Shown: positions 11,494-22,067, numbered from the stretch's first letter. The stretch is 64,000 nt of DNA from Candidatus Binatia bacterium (GCA_036493895.1 DASXOZ010000041.1:22054-86053), one strand, 5' to 3'. Program-made: numbers and translations. Notes: generated by a model not told the origin, from the sequence alone.

Positions 11494-12588
11494 TCAGATT
11501 TCCATCGCCTCCAGGACACGACCGAGATCGGCCGCCACCCTCACAGGCTCGGGACAGGATCGGATCGCGTTATGCGGATCCTTCAGGCCGTGTCCCGTGA
11601 GCGTGCAGACTACCACGGCTCCGTCTTCGATGCGCTTCGCGTCGGCCAGCTTCTTCAGGCCGGCGATCGATGCTGCCGATGCGGGCTCGGCGAAGACCCC
11701 TTCCGTCGATGCGAGCAGCTTGTAGGCAGCCATGATCTCGTCGTCGGTGACCATGTCGATGTCGCCCCCGGACTCGTCGCGGGCAGCCTCGGCTTTCTTC
11801 CAGCTCACGGGATTGCCGATACGGATCGCGGTGGCCACGGTCTCGGGCTCGCTTACAGCGTGGCCGAGCACGATCGGCGCCGCGCCCGCGGCCTGGAAGC
11901 CCATCATCTTCGGGCGGCTCGCGGTTACGCCGTCGCGGAAATACTCGCCGTAGCCCATCCAGTACGCCGTGATGTTGCCGGCGTTGCCGACCGGCAGGAC
12001 GTGGTAGTCGGGAGCGCGGCCGAGAGTGTCGCAGATCTCAAACGCGGCGGTCTTCTGGCCTTCGAGGCGGTGGGGATTGATCGAGTTGACGACGGTCACT
12101 CGCCGCTGCTCGGCAACGCCCGAGACCATTCGGTAGGCATCATCGAAATTGCCTTTGACGGCGAGCACTTTCGCGCCATGAATCACCGCCTGGCTGAGCT
12201 TTCCCATGGCGATGTTTCCATCGGGGATGATCACGAAGCACGCAAGGCCGGCCCTGGCCGCGTACGCCGCCGCCGACGCCGAAGTATTTCCGGTGGAGGC
12301 GCAGATCACCGCGGTCGCCCCTTCGGCCACCGCCATCGTGATCGCCATCGTCATTCCCCTGTCCTTGAAGGAACAGGTTGGGTTGAGGCCCTCGTACTTC
12401 ACGTAGACGCGCCCTTTGAGCCCGAGGCGCTCGGCCAGGCGCGGAACTTCGATGAGCGGCGTGTTCCCCTCGAGCAGCGTCACCGGCTCGATGTCGCCCA
12501 CGGGAAGGCGGTCTCGGTAATACTCGATCAATCCGGGCCAGCTCATCGTGTTCTCCACTGCGCGAGCGGCGCCAGGCTGCGCCGTCAC
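11494..12588 (-). CDS. thrC: threonine synthase
   Basis: PLP enzyme motifs ([17 protein letters not shown]), short-form ThrC; true start is either 12588 or the internal Met about 14 codons downstream. Confidence 0.8.
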   Translation of the reverse strand: MTAQPGAARAVENTMSWPGLIEYYRDRLPVGDIEPVTLLEGNTPLIEVPRLAERLGLKGRVYVKYEGLNPTCSFKDRGMTMAITMAVAEGATAVICASTGNTSASAAAYAARAGLACFVIIPDGNIAMGKLSQAVIHGAKVLAVKGNFDDAYRMVSGVAEQRRVTVVNSINPHRLEGQKTAAFEICDTLGRAPDYHVLPVGNAGNITAYWMGYGEYFRDGVTASRPKMMGFQAAGAAPIVLGHAVSEPETVATAIRIGNPVSWKKAEAARDESGGDIDMVTDDEIMAAYKLLASTEGVFAEPASAASIAGLKKLADAKRIEDGAVVVCTLTGHGLKDPHNAIRSCPEPVRVAADLGRVLEAMEI

Positions 12589-13916
12589 GACTCCTCTCCA
12601 AGCCGTTCCTCGACGCGAATCGCCACCGGCTGGGCGCGCACCTCCGAAAGCTTCGCGATGCGCGCCATGGCCTTCTGCAGCGCCCCCTCGCGCGCACGGT
12701 GAGTGCGCATGACGACGGGAACGGCGCCGCGGCTCGGCTTTTCGTGCTGGGCAACGGTGGCGATGCTTACGCCGGCCCTTGCCAGCACCGCCGTGATCTT
12801 CGCCAGGGCTCCCGGCTTGTCGCTCAGCTGAAGCCGCACGTAGTGCTCGTGCTCGATTGCGGCCATGTCGACGACTCGTGCCTTGGCCAGCGCGGCCGAA
12901 GGCAGGCCGTACGGCGGAACCTGGGGCGGCCGGCCTTCGAGCAGGCAGCGGCCGGCATCGACGATATCGGCAACGACGGCGGTGGCCGTCGGCATCATGC
13001 CGGCCCCGCGCCCGTAGTAGATCGAGGTGCCGAGCGCATTGCCGCGCAGGCAGACGGCGTTGAACGCTCCAGAGACCTTGGCCAGCAGGTGGTTGTTCGG
13101 CACCATCGCGGGGTGAATACGCGCCTCGATTCCCTTGTTGGTTTCACGAGCTACGGACAATAACTTGATCGTGTACCCGAAGTCCCGGGCATAGGCCATG
13201 TCGACGCCGCTCACGTTGCGGATGCCTTCGACGTGGACCGATTTCGGGTCGATCAGCTTGCCGAAGGCCAGCGCCACCAGGATCACGAGCTTGTGCAGGG
13301 CGTCCAGGCCGTCGATGTCGTAGCTCGGGTCGGCCTCGGCCAGCCCCATCTTCTGGGCCCTGGCCAGTACCTCGGCGAACTCGCCGTTGCCGGCGGCCAT
13401 CTCGGTCAGGATGTAATTGCAGGTGCCGTTGACGATGCCGTAGACCTCGAGATTGCGGTCGGCCGCAAGCGACTCGCGCAGCGCACGGACGATCGGGATG
13501 CCGCCGCCCACGCTGGCTTCGAAGCCGAGAGCGACGCCGGCCTTCTCGGCGGCAGCGGCCAGTTCGAGGCCGTGGGCCGACAGCACCGCCTTGTTCGCGG
13601 TCACGACACTCTTGCCGGCCTTGAGCGCTTCGAGCTGGAAGCTGAGAGCCGGCTGCAGCCCACCGATCAGCTCGACGACGACGTCCACCGAAGGATCGTG
13701 GATCAGCGCCCTGGCATCGGTCGTCATCAGCGACTTGTCGATCTTGACGCCGCGGTCGGACTTGAGGTCGAGGTCGGCGATGCGCGCCAGGCGAAGCGGC
13801 ACGCCGAGGCGCGCGCGAAGGCCGGTCGCGTGGTCGCGCAGAATGCGCACGACCCCGGTCCCGATGGTGCCGAAGCCGATGAGCCCGACGCCGATGTCTT
13901 TCTTCGCTACCGCCAT
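12585..13916 (-). CDS. hom: homoserine dehydrogenase
   Basis: 443 aa with NAD-binding [12 protein letters not shown], catalytic domain and C-terminal ACT domain; stop overlaps the thrC start. Confidence 0.85.
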   Translation of the reverse strand: MAVAKKDIGVGLIGFGTIGTGVVRILRDHATGLRARLGVPLRLARIADLDLKSDRGVKIDKSLMTTDARALIHDPSVDVVVELIGGLQPALSFQLEALKAGKSVVTANKAVLSAHGLELAAAAEKAGVALGFEASVGGGIPIVRALRESLAADRNLEVYGIVNGTCNYILTEMAAGNGEFAEVLARAQKMGLAEADPSYDIDGLDALHKLVILVALAFGKLIDPKSVHVEGIRNVSGVDMAYARDFGYTIKLLSVARETNKGIEARIHPAMVPNNHLLAKVSGAFNAVCLRGNALGTSIYYGRGAGMMPTATAVVADIVDAGRCLLEGRPPQVPPYGLPSAALAKARVVDMAAIEHEHYVRLQLSDKPGALAKITAVLARAGVSIATVAQHEKPSRGAVPVVMRTHRAREGALQKAMARIAKLSEVRAQPVAIRVEERLGEES

Positions 13917-13966
13917 GATTTTTGCCGGTCCGTAGACGCCGATCCGTCGCCGGCCAGCCGCCCTGA

Positions 13967-14893
13967 CTATCCCGGAAGTTCCGCCGCTTCCACAGCCGGC
14001 GCGGCCGGCGGCGAGCCTTCGGCCATCGCCGCGTGAAGCCGGTCGGCGCGGTACGACGATCGCACCAGCGGCCCCGCGGACACTTCGGCAAAACCGAGGC
14101 TTCGTGCGACCGATGCCAGGTCGTCGAACTCGGCGGGCTCGTAGTAACGCGCAACAGGACGCTGCTCGCGGGTCGGCCGCAGGTACTGGCCGATCGTCAC
14201 CAGGTCGCAGCCGGCGCGGCGCAGGTCGGCAAGCGACTCGACGATTTCCTCGCGGGTTTCGCCGAAGCCGACCATGATTCCGGATTTGACGGCGCCACGT
14301 CCCTTTCCCGATGCGATCTGGTGCGCGAGGCGCAGCACGTCGAGCGAGCGCTCGTAGCGGGCGCGGCCGCGCACCTCGGGCGTAAGGCGTCGCACGGTTT
14401 CGATGTTGTGCCCGAAGACATCGGGAGCGGCACGCATCACCGTCTCGACGAGCTCGCTGCGACCATTGAAATCCGACGTGAGCACCTCGACCTCGACGCC
14501 GTCGATTCTTGCGCGCAGCTCTTCGATCGTTCGCGCGAAATGGCCGGCGCCCTCATCGTCGAGATCGTCGCGCGCGACCTGGGTAAGGACGACGTACCGA
14601 AGGCCGAGCGCGGCGGCGGTGTCCGCGACGCGCACCGGTTCGAAGGGATCGGGCGCCGCGCCGCGTCCGGTCGCAACCGAGCAGAACGAGCAGCGCCGCG
14701 TGCAGTTGCCGCCGAGCAGCATGAACGTCGCCGTGCCGGCCGAGAAGCACTCGCCGATGTTCGGGCAGCGCGCTTCTTCGCAGACGGTGACCAGCCGGCC
14801 CTTTCGAAGGCGCCGCTTGAGATCGTCGGCCTCCGACAGCCGGCGGTGCTGGCCGATCACCCACGGGGGCAGCCGTTGCGTCTGCGCGTCCAC
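13967..14893 (-). CDS. lipA: lipoyl synthase
   Basis: Both LipA cysteine clusters are present (CEEARCPNIGEC and CTRRCSFC, radical SAM). Confidence 0.9.
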   Translation of the reverse strand: MDAQTQRLPPWVIGQHRRLSEADDLKRRLRKGRLVTVCEEARCPNIGECFSAGTATFMLLGGNCTRRCSFCSVATGRGAAPDPFEPVRVADTAAALGLRYVVLTQVARDDLDDEGAGHFARTIEELRARIDGVEVEVLTSDFNGRSELVETVMRAAPDVFGHNIETVRRLTPEVRGRARYERSLDVLRLAHQIASGKGRGAVKSGIMVGFGETREEIVESLADLRRAGCDLVTIGQYLRPTREQRPVARYYEPAEFDDLASVARSLGFAEVSAGPLVRSSYRADRLHAAMAEGSPPAAPAVEAAELPG

Positions 14894-14983
14894 CCTCCGC
14901 TTATAGAAGCCCGCCCGGCAGCCGCAAAACGGAGCCTGCGCAAAAAGCGCCGTGGCCGCACCGACGCGCGGGCCTGGGTGCCC

Positions 14984-17134
14984 TCAGCCCACCTCCGCGA
15001 GGTCGAGCAGATCCTTCCAGCGGGAGTCCAGAACCCGGCGAAGCTCGCGGGATTCGGCCTTTTCGAGGCGAGGATCGCCGGAGAGCCACGAAAGCGCCTC
15101 CTGGCGCGCGAGCGTGAGCAACTCACCGTCGCGCACGAGGTTGGCGGCGCGCAGAGCCGGGACTCCGGCCTGCCTCGTGCCGAGATATTCGCCCGGTCCG
15201 CGCAGCTTGAGGTCGGCCTCGGCGATGGCGAAGCCGTCGCCGGTGGACTCCATGACCGTCAGCCTCTCGAAGGATTCGCGGCTCTGCCCGACGTCGGCGA
15301 CCAGGCAGCAGAACGACTCTTCGGTTCCCCGCCCCACCCGCCCGCGGAGCTGGTGGAGCTGGGCCAGCCCGAAGCGCTCGGCATGCTCGACGACCATGAT
15401 CGTCGCGTTGGGGACGTCGATGCCGACCTCGATCACGGTCGTTGCGACCAGCAGCTGCAGCTCACCGGCCTTGAAGCGGCGCATGACTGCGTCTTTCTCT
15501 GCAGCTTTCATGCGACCGTGCAGCAGGCCGACGCGAAAATCGCGAAACGGTCCCTGCTGGAGCTGCTCGGCCGCGCTCGTCGCATCCGCGAGGTCCATCG
15601 TCTCCGATTCCTCGACCAGCGGATAGACCACGTAGCACTGGCGACCCTCGCGCATCGCTGCGGCCATGCGCGTGTGGAGCCGCGCCCTTGCGGACGTGCG
15701 GATCACGCGCGTCGTCACCGGCAGTCGTCCCGGCGGGAGCTCGTCGAGGACGCTGACGTCGAGATCGCCGTACAGCGTCAGCGACAGCGTGCGCGGGATC
15801 GGCGTCGCCGACAGAAGCAGCGTATCGGCGCGTGCCGCCGACGTCCCGTCGGCGCGCGTCGCCGACTGGATCTTCTGGCGCTGCACGACGCCGAAGCGAT
15901 GCTGCTCGTCGACGATCGCAAGACCGAGCCTGGCAAAGCCGGTCGCTTCCTGGATCAGCGCGTGGGTGCCGATCACGAGGCCGGTGTGGCCCGCCGCGAT
16001 CGCTTCGCGTGCCTCGCGCGCCGCAGCAGCCTTCATGCTGCCGGTCAGCAGGCGTACGTCGATGCCTTCGGCATCGGCCCAGCTTTTCATCGTCGCAAAG
16101 TGCTGCTCGGCCAGCAGCTCGGTCGGTGCCATCACGGCCACCTGGTAGCCATCCACGACCGCCTGGAGCGCGGCAGCGAAGGCAACGACAGTCTTGCCGC
16201 TGCCGACGTCACCCTGCACGAGGCGGTTCATCGGCTCGGGTCGGGCCATGTCGGAGGCAATCTCGTGCGTGACCCTTTTCTGCGCGCGCGTGGCCTGGAA
16301 CGGAAGGCGCGCGAAGAACGCCTTCAGCCGGTCGTCGTGGCGCGCGATCGCGACGCCGCTCTGGCGCCGGCGGGCAGCCTTGCGCAGCGACATGCCGATC
16401 TGCAGCGCGAACAGCTCTTCGAAGATCAGGCTTCTGTGTGCCGGGGTGCGCGACTGCGCCAAGGCATCGATGTCGGCGTCGGAGGGAGGCTCGTGCACGT
16501 ACGTCAGCGCCGAAGCGATAGGAAGGAGATCGAGGCGGCCGCGCACTTCTTCGGGCACCGCACTCTGCATCGTCGCGGCGTGCGTATGCGTCACCTGCGC
16601 AACGACGCGGCGCATCGCCGACAGCGGAAGGTCGCCGGGCTTCTGGTAGACGGGCAAGATGCGTGCGATGCTGCGTGCGACCGCGCCCGCCGCGCCGGCG
16701 AGATCGCTTCCGTTTTCCGCGCCTTCCAGCTTGTCGATTTCGGGATGAACGATCTGCAGCCCGCCGCGCGGCGCCGCTTCGACGCGTCCATGCACGAGCC
16801 ACGTCGCGCCGTCCTTCAGGCGATCGCGGAAATAGGCGGTCTGCTGGAACCACAGCAGCTCGGCCCATCCGCTTTCGTCACTGAACAGCGCATGAAGAAT
16901 CGCACCGCGACGTCCCGGGCGGCGGTGCTCGCGCACCGAAGTGATGCGGCCGACGAGCGTCGCGTCACCCCCTGGCGCCGCCTCGCGCAGCGTAGAGATG
17001 CGCCGCCTGTCCTCGTAACGGAACGGAAGGTGGAACAACAGGTCTTCGAACGTGCAAAGGCCCGCCTTCTCGAGCATCTCGCCGCGCCGCGGACCGACGC
17101 CTTTCAGGAATTGAACGGAATCCTCCAGCGCCAC
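14984..17134 (-). CDS. recG: ATP-dependent DNA helicase RecG
   Basis: 716 aa with wedge domain and SF2 helicase motifs (GDVGSGKT, DEQHRFG); GTG start. Confidence 0.9.
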   Translation of the reverse strand: MALEDSVQFLKGVGPRRGEMLEKAGLCTFEDLLFHLPFRYEDRRRISTLREAAPGGDATLVGRITSVREHRRPGRRGAILHALFSDESGWAELLWFQQTAYFRDRLKDGATWLVHGRVEAAPRGGLQIVHPEIDKLEGAENGSDLAGAAGAVARSIARILPVYQKPGDLPLSAMRRVVAQVTHTHAATMQSAVPEEVRGRLDLLPIASALTYVHEPPSDADIDALAQSRTPAHRSLIFEELFALQIGMSLRKAARRRQSGVAIARHDDRLKAFFARLPFQATRAQKRVTHEIASDMARPEPMNRLVQGDVGSGKTVVAFAAALQAVVDGYQVAVMAPTELLAEQHFATMKSWADAEGIDVRLLTGSMKAAAAREAREAIAAGHTGLVIGTHALIQEATGFARLGLAIVDEQHRFGVVQRQKIQSATRADGTSAARADTLLLSATPIPRTLSLTLYGDLDVSVLDELPPGRLPVTTRVIRTSARARLHTRMAAAMREGRQCYVVYPLVEESETMDLADATSAAEQLQQGPFRDFRVGLLHGRMKAAEKDAVMRRFKAGELQLLVATTVIEVGIDVPNATIMVVEHAERFGLAQLHQLRGRVGRGTEESFCCLVADVGQSRESFERLTVMESTGDGFAIAEADLKLRGPGEYLGTRQAGVPALRAANLVRDGELLTLARQEALSWLSGDPRLEKAESRELRRVLDSRWKDLLDLAEVG

Positions 17135-17187
17135 GTGCCGTCACCCCGACCGGCAGCGTCGCTCGCTGCCAGCAGAAGAGGAATCCT

Positions 17188-18330
17188 CTACCCGACGCGC
17201 GGGGTCGAAGTCGAACCGCTCCCCTGCGTCCGGGCGGCGCTGGTCACGCAGTCTGCTTCAACGGGCAACGCCGGCGTCACGTCGCCTTCGGAAAGGCCGT
17301 CGAGAATGCGATCGAAGAGCCACGGTGACCGGCAGAGCACAGGCATCATCAATCCCGAAAGAGCAGAGCGGCGCAGCGCGAGCAGCGCGCTCGTGCCCCA
17401 CCAATACCGGCGAACCAGGCGCCGCCAATGTCTGTCGTACGCGGCCGCCTCTCCGCGGCGGATCGCCGCCACCGCGGCAATGGCAGAGAGGAACCCGAGC
17501 CGGAGGCCCTCTCCGGTGATCGGGTCGAGATACCCGGCTGCATCGCCGACCAGAAGGACGCGGCCGCAGGCGACGCGCGAGGATCTCTGCTCGAAAGGCC
17601 CGGCTCCGCGCGGCGTCGACGTGGTCTCGGCTCCTTCGAGGCGCGCGCAAAGCTCGGGATAACGGGCAAGGAGCCCCTGCATCGTCACCGCTCCGTTCCT
17701 GCTGCGCTCGTCGAACAGCATCGCAACGCCGACTTCGTCGCCGGCAACCGGTGTCACGTACGCTTCGGACAGCGGGTGCAAGTGCACCTCGACGAAATCG
17801 CTCCACGGCGCAACGCGAAAGTGCTGGCGCAGTCCGAAACGTGGCGACCCGCGCCGCGGCGCCAGCTCGAGCCCGAGCCGGCGGCGCACGACCGAGCGCA
17901 GTCCGTCGCACGCGACGAGGTAGCGGGCCGCGTGCCCGTCTACGATGACACCCTGCTCGTCCTGCACGATCTGGTTCACGCGATGCGCGATCACGCGGAT
18001 TCCGAGCTCGCGCGCACGGCGCATGAGCGCCCCGTGCAGCTCGGTGCGCCGAATTCCCCACCCCGGTCCGCGCGAAAAACGACCGTCCACCCTGCGCTCG
18101 CCTTCGACATAGCGAATTCCGGCGAACTCCCGTTTTCGCGACACGCTGACGCCCGCGCGCAAAAGGGCCTCGACCGCCGCAGGCATCAGCCCTTCACCGC
18201 ACGCCTTGTCGAGAACTCCCGGCCTGGCCTCGAGCACGGCGACGTCGAGCCCCGCGCGCGCCGCTTCGATCGCTGCGTAGAGGCCGACCGGACCGCCGCC
18301 GGCAACCAGCACGTCGCGTCGCTCGGTCAC
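17188..18330 (-). CDS. FAD-dependent oxidoreductase/monooxygenase (geranylgeranyl-reductase-like; FtpE/SrsC-like hydroxylase candidate)
   Basis: GxGxxG FAD motif VLVAGGGPVGLYAA and GD motif VLLVGDAAGY; start overlaps the stop of the upstream FAAL gene by 4 nt. Confidence 0.75.
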   Translation of the reverse strand: MTERRDVLVAGGGPVGLYAAIEAARAGLDVAVLEARPGVLDKACGEGLMPAAVEALLRAGVSVSRKREFAGIRYVEGERRVDGRFSRGPGWGIRRTELHGALMRRARELGIRVIAHRVNQIVQDEQGVIVDGHAARYLVACDGLRSVVRRRLGLELAPRRGSPRFGLRQHFRVAPWSDFVEVHLHPLSEAYVTPVAGDEVGVAMLFDERSRNGAVTMQGLLARYPELCARLEGAETTSTPRGAGPFEQRSSRVACGRVLLVGDAAGYLDPITGEGLRLGFLSAIAAVAAIRRGEAAAYDRHWRRLVRRYWWGTSALLALRRSALSGLMMPVLCRSPWLFDRILDGLSEGDVTPALPVEADCVTSAARTQGSGSTSTPRVG

Positions 18331-20072
18331 GTGTCGTCCTGGCCCGCTCCAAGGCGGCTTCGAACGTAGCCGACCGCGCTGCGCAGCATCGCGCCGCCGA
18401 GAGTTCGCGCGTTGACGGCCGCCGGAGCGCGCAACTCTCCGCTTCTTGCAAGCCGCAAGGTTTCGCCGCGGCGGATTTTTCCGGAAGAAGTGCGCGGCAG
18501 CGTGCCGGGCTCGAGCACGAGCACCTCATCAGGTGAGACCGAGCAGGCCGCCATCACTGCGCGCCGGCACTCCTCGGCCATTCCGTCGCGGGCCTGCCTC
18601 GCTTCGACGAACAGCAGCAGCCTCTCACCGCTCTCGCCGATCTCCGCGACCGCGGCTGCGCACCCGGTACGAACGCCGGGGACCGCGTCGACGGCGCGCT
18701 CGAGATCCTCCGGCGCGAGGTTGTGACCTCGAAGCACCAGCAGGTCCTTCGCACGGCCAGTGACGTAGAGTCGACCGTCGCGCAGGAATCCAAGGTCGCC
18801 GGTGTCGAGCCAGCCTTCGGCGTCGATGGGCGCATCGTCGCGGCCAAAGTAGCCGCTCATTACCGAAGGCCCGCGCACCTGGATGCGGCCGACGCGATTC
18901 TCGCCGACGTGGCCGCCGGCATCGTTGCGGATCCTCACGGCGAAACCCGGCAGCGGCTCGCCGCAGCTCACCCACTCGCTTCCGTCCGGATCCGGCTGCA
19001 CGATACCGAGCGCGATCCTTGCAGTATCGAAACGCTCGCTGCGCCAGCGCGTCCCCGGCCTGGTGAATGTCACCGCCAGCGTGGCTTCGGAAAGTCCGTA
19101 GACCGGCATCAGCGCATCGTCGCGGAATCCCCAGCGCGAAAAACGGCGCTCGAATGCCCGAAGCGTTGCTGCCGCCATCGGCTCTGCGCCGTTCATTGCC
19201 ATCCGCCAGCACGCCAGGTCGCAGCCCTCCAGCTCTTCGTCGCGGATGCGATCGACGCTCAGGCTGTAGGCGAAGTTCGGTGCCGGCGACGTCGTGCCGC
19301 GGTATCTGGAAATCGCGCGCAGCCAGATCGCAGGCCGGGCGAGGAAATGTTCGGGAGGAATCAGCGTCAGCGGGCCGGGCCCGAGCAGTGCCGGCAGCAG
19401 ACAGCCGATCAGCCCCATGTCGTGGTACAGCGGAAGCCAGCTCACGCCGCCCGGATCGTGGCCGAGCTCCGGCGGCAGAAGATGCAGGATCGCGTCGGTG
19501 ATGCGCTGGCCGTTGGCGAGCATCTGCGAGTGGGACAGCGCCACCGGCTTGGGATCGGTCGTGGTTCCCGACGAGAACTGGATCATCGCGATCTGGTCGG
19601 CGCGCGACGGCGCAGCGGCAGCTTCACGGCCGTCGCGAAGCCCGGCCACGCTGCGCACACCGAGACGCGGACGGTAACGGGCCGCGGTCTCCCCGAGGAT
19701 CCGTCCGATGCGCGAATCGGTGTACAGGACGGCCGCACCGGCGGCTTTCAGCATCGCGGAGGTGCGCTCGTGGTACTCGCCGAGGCGACCAAGGCGCAAC
19801 GGCGGATAGAGCGCCACCGGGATCGCGCCGATCCACTGGGCAGCGAAGAACAGCTCGATAAATTCGGGACAGGTCGGAAGCACGATGGCGACGCGCTCGC
19901 CGCGCCGGATGCCGCTGTCGAGCAGGGCCCCGGCCGTGGTCGCGACGCGCCGGCGAAACTGCGCGAACGGCAGCCAGCTGGCTTCCTCGTGCCGGTCGAG
20001 AAACCGGAAACCATAACGGTCGCTGTCGGATCCGGCAGCGGATTCGATGACGTCGGCAAGGGTCACGCTCAT
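18327..20072 (-). CDS. fatty acyl-AMP ligase (FAAL)
   Basis: Adenylate-forming motifs QFSSGTTTDPK and WLPLYHDMGLIG (FAAL-type); ATG at 20072 overlaps the ACP stop (ATGA). Confidence 0.85.
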   Translation of the reverse strand: MSVTLADVIESAAGSDSDRYGFRFLDRHEEASWLPFAQFRRRVATTAGALLDSGIRRGERVAIVLPTCPEFIELFFAAQWIGAIPVALYPPLRLGRLGEYHERTSAMLKAAGAAVLYTDSRIGRILGETAARYRPRLGVRSVAGLRDGREAAAAPSRADQIAMIQFSSGTTTDPKPVALSHSQMLANGQRITDAILHLLPPELGHDPGGVSWLPLYHDMGLIGCLLPALLGPGPLTLIPPEHFLARPAIWLRAISRYRGTTSPAPNFAYSLSVDRIRDEELEGCDLACWRMAMNGAEPMAAATLRAFERRFSRWGFRDDALMPVYGLSEATLAVTFTRPGTRWRSERFDTARIALGIVQPDPDGSEWVSCGEPLPGFAVRIRNDAGGHVGENRVGRIQVRGPSVMSGYFGRDDAPIDAEGWLDTGDLGFLRDGRLYVTGRAKDLLVLRGHNLAPEDLERAVDAVPGVRTGCAAAVAEIGESGERLLLFVEARQARDGMAEECRRAVMAACSVSPDEVLVLEPGTLPRTSSGKIRRGETLRLARSGELRAPAAVNARTLGGAMLRSAVGYVRSRLGAGQDDT

Positions 20073-20308
20073 GCCTGCTCTCCGGTCTTTTCGACGATGC
20101 TGCGCAGCAGGTCATCGAAGTCCCGGATGGATTCTTCGTCTTCCGGCTCGAAGCAGATGTGGAAATGGTCCTCGATCGCGACGACGAGCGACATCCGCTG
20201 CAGGGAATCGAAATGGACGTCGAGACCGCCGTCGGGGACAGTGCCTTGCCAGCGCAGCTCGTCGCGCAGGATTTTCTCGACTTCTTCGCGCACGCGTTCG
20301 GGATTCAC
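20069..20308 (-). CDS. acyl carrier protein
   Basis: 79 aa with a DSL phosphopantetheine-attachment-type motif (VHFDSLQRMSLVVAIEDHF). GTG start at 20308 preceded by GAAGGA RBS. The listed 338-aa ORF upstream of this start is repeat read-through and is rejected. Confidence 0.75.
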   Translation of the reverse strand: MNPERVREEVEKILRDELRWQGTVPDGGLDVHFDSLQRMSLVVAIEDHFHICFEPEDEESIRDFDDLLRSIVEKTGEQA

Positions 20309-20991
20309 GCTGGGGTTTCCTTCTGCGCGGGCCCGAGGCCCGCGTTTGTCTGCGCGGGCCCGAGGCCCGCGTTTGTCTGCGCGGGCCCGAGGCGCGCGTT
20401 TGTTTGCGCAGGCCCTAGGCCTGCGTTTGTTCGCGCGGGCCCGAGGCCCGCGTTCGTTCGCGCGGACTGGCCGCCCGACTCCGGTTCGAGCAGGCGCAGG
20501 GCAGCGTCTTCCGATTTCACGCGAGCGCGAAGCAGCAGCGCGTTGCCGACGGTGAACGCCGCGGCGGTAAGCCACGCGCCTCCGACGGCCGGAAGCGCGA
20601 ACCCTTCGCAGACGACCGCGACGTAGTTCGGGTGTTTCAGCCACCGGTACGGTCCTCGCGCTACGCGGCCGAGGCCCGGCACGACGATGACTCTCGTGTT
20701 CCACTGGCGACCAAGCGTCACGATGCACCACCAGCGAAGAGCCTGGCAGGCCGCAGCGACTGCCAGCGCCACCGGCCACAATACCGGCAACTGTGTACGG
20801 CCGCGCAGCAGCGGCTCGAGCACGCAGCCGGCGAGAAACGCCGAATGAAGAGCGACCATCGCCGGAAAATGACCGCGGCCGACTTCGCGTCCGCCGCGCT
20901 CGAGGCTCCACCTTGCGTTCGAGTTGCTGACCGCGATCTCGATCGCGCGCTCGAGGATCGTCGCGACCAGCAGTGCGTAGTAAAGGCTCAC
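20305..20991 (-). CDS. ICMT/PEMT-family integral-membrane methyltransferase (FtpB/SrsB-like) with a repetitive C-terminal tail
   Basis: Motif RGPYRWLKHPNYVAVVCEGFALP. GTG start overlaps the PKS stop (GTGA). There is no stop codon until 20305, so the frame reads through five 27-nt repeats, giving (A[QR]TNAGLGP)x5. Confidence 0.65.
   Translation of the reverse strand: MSLYYALLVATILERAIEIAVSNSNARWSLERGGREVGRGHFPAMVALHSAFLAGCVLEPLLRGRTQLPVLWPVALAVAAACQALRWWCIVTLGRQWNTRVIVVPGLGRVARGPYRWLKHPNYVAVVCEGFALPAVGGAWLTAAAFTVGNALLLRARVKSEDAALRLLEPESGGQSARTNAGLGPARTNAGLGPAQTNARLGPAQTNAGLGPAQTNAGLGPAQKETPA
20325..20459. repeat. 5 tandem copies of a 27-bp unit (GCGCGGGCCCGAGGCCCGCGTTTGTCT) with a GC-rich palindromic core
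   Basis: Read directly from sequence. Units 3-5 carry substitutions; unit 4 (CAGGCCCTAGGCCTG) keeps the palindrome through paired changes. Confidence 0.9.
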
Positions 20992-22067
20992 CACTGCACC
21001 AGCACGAGCTCGGAGCAAAAGCCCGGTCCAAGCGCGAGCAGCAAGCCGAGGGTATCCGGCTGCGGCCTGGCCTCTTCGATTGCATCGCGAAGGACGAACA
21101 GGACCGAGCTGCTCGACATGTTGCCGACTTCCGCGAGCGATCGCCTCGTCAGCGCGAGCTCGCCGGCGCCGAGACCGAGGCTCTCCTCGAACGCATCGAG
21201 GACCTTGGGGCCGCCGGGATGACAGATCCACGAGCGGATGTCCTGGCGAGCCACACCGTGCTCGTCCAGGAATCCGTGGACGTCGTCGGCAAGGTAGCTG
21301 CGCACGACATCGGGCACCGATGCGGAAAGCACGATGCGGAAGCCTCCGCTCGTGACGTCCCAGCCCATGACGCGCTCGGTATCGGGATAAAAGCGCGACC
21401 GTGACGCGAGCACGCGAGGTCCGCGCGCGCCGAGCCGCTTCGATCTGGCGGAGCCCGCCATCACGACCGCGGCGCCGCCGTCGCCGAACAGGCCGCTGGC
21501 GATGAGGTTCGGGATCGACAGATCGTCGCGCTGCAGGGTAAGCGAGCAGAGCTCGAGCGACACGAGCACCGCGACGTGATCCGGCCACGCCAGCAGGTAG
21601 TCGTGCACGCGGGCGATGCCTGCTGCACCGGCCACGCATCCGAGCCCGAACACGGGAATCCGTTTGACGTCGTTTCTCAGGCCGAGCCGGTTGACGAGCC
21701 TCGCATCGATCGAGGGCACGGCAATCCCCGTCACGCTCGTGAAGAAGATGCAGTCGACGTCGGATGCCGCGACGCCGGCTTCCTCGAGCGCGAGCGCGAG
21801 CGCACGCGCCGCGACGTCCGTGCCGACTCGCACGTAAGCGTCGTTGGCACCGCCGAATCCGTCCAGCGCAGCATAGTCCTCGATCGGCAGCGCCAGGTGG
21901 CGCCCACCCACGCAGACCGAACGGTGCAGGCTGTCGAGGCGCGCGGGGTTGTGGTGCTGTTTCCCCCAGAACAGGCGCAGCGCGTCCAGCAGCTCTTCCT
22001 GGCTGTAGTGGTGGGGCGGATGCGCTCCCGCAACCGAGACAATCGAGCTGTGCCTGCTGTCGTTCAT
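20988..22067 (-). CDS. type III polyketide synthase (chalcone-synthase-like; alkylresorcinol/alkylpyrone synthase type)
   Basis: 359 aa with active-site Cys region GLGCVAGAAG, His CHPGGPKVLD and Asn GNMSSSSVLFVL; ATG at 22067 verified. Confidence 0.9.
   Translation of the reverse strand: MNDSRHSSIVSVAGAHPPHHYSQEELLDALRLFWGKQHHNPARLDSLHRSVCVGGRHLALPIEDYAALDGFGGANDAYVRVGTDVAARALALALEEAGVAASDVDCIFFTSVTGIAVPSIDARLVNRLGLRNDVKRIPVFGLGCVAGAAGIARVHDYLLAWPDHVAVLVSLELCSLTLQRDDLSIPNLIASGLFGDGGAAVVMAGSARSKRLGARGPRVLASRSRFYPDTERVMGWDVTSGGFRIVLSASVPDVVRSYLADDVHGFLDEHGVARQDIRSWICHPGGPKVLDAFEESLGLGAGELALTRRSLAEVGNMSSSSVLFVLRDAIEEARPQPDTLGLLLALGPGFCSELVLVQW

Noticed and set aside
17140-17165. Terminator hairpin (GGCAGCG-ucgcu-CGCUGCC) between the FAD-enzyme gene and recG
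   Set aside because: It is a GC-rich stem with no following U-tract on the minus strand. It may be a weak Rho-independent signal at best, so it was not called.
20325-20459. Possibility that the 27-bp repeats are a CRISPR array
   Set aside because: The units are directly contiguous with no intervening unique spacers, and the unit length is a multiple of 3 inside an open frame; no cas genes are in the window.
20069-21085. 338-aa ORF containing the ACP
   Set aside because: Only the last 79 aa form an ACP with its own RBS and GTG start; the N-terminal part is the repeat region read in another frame (RADKRGPRA repeats).
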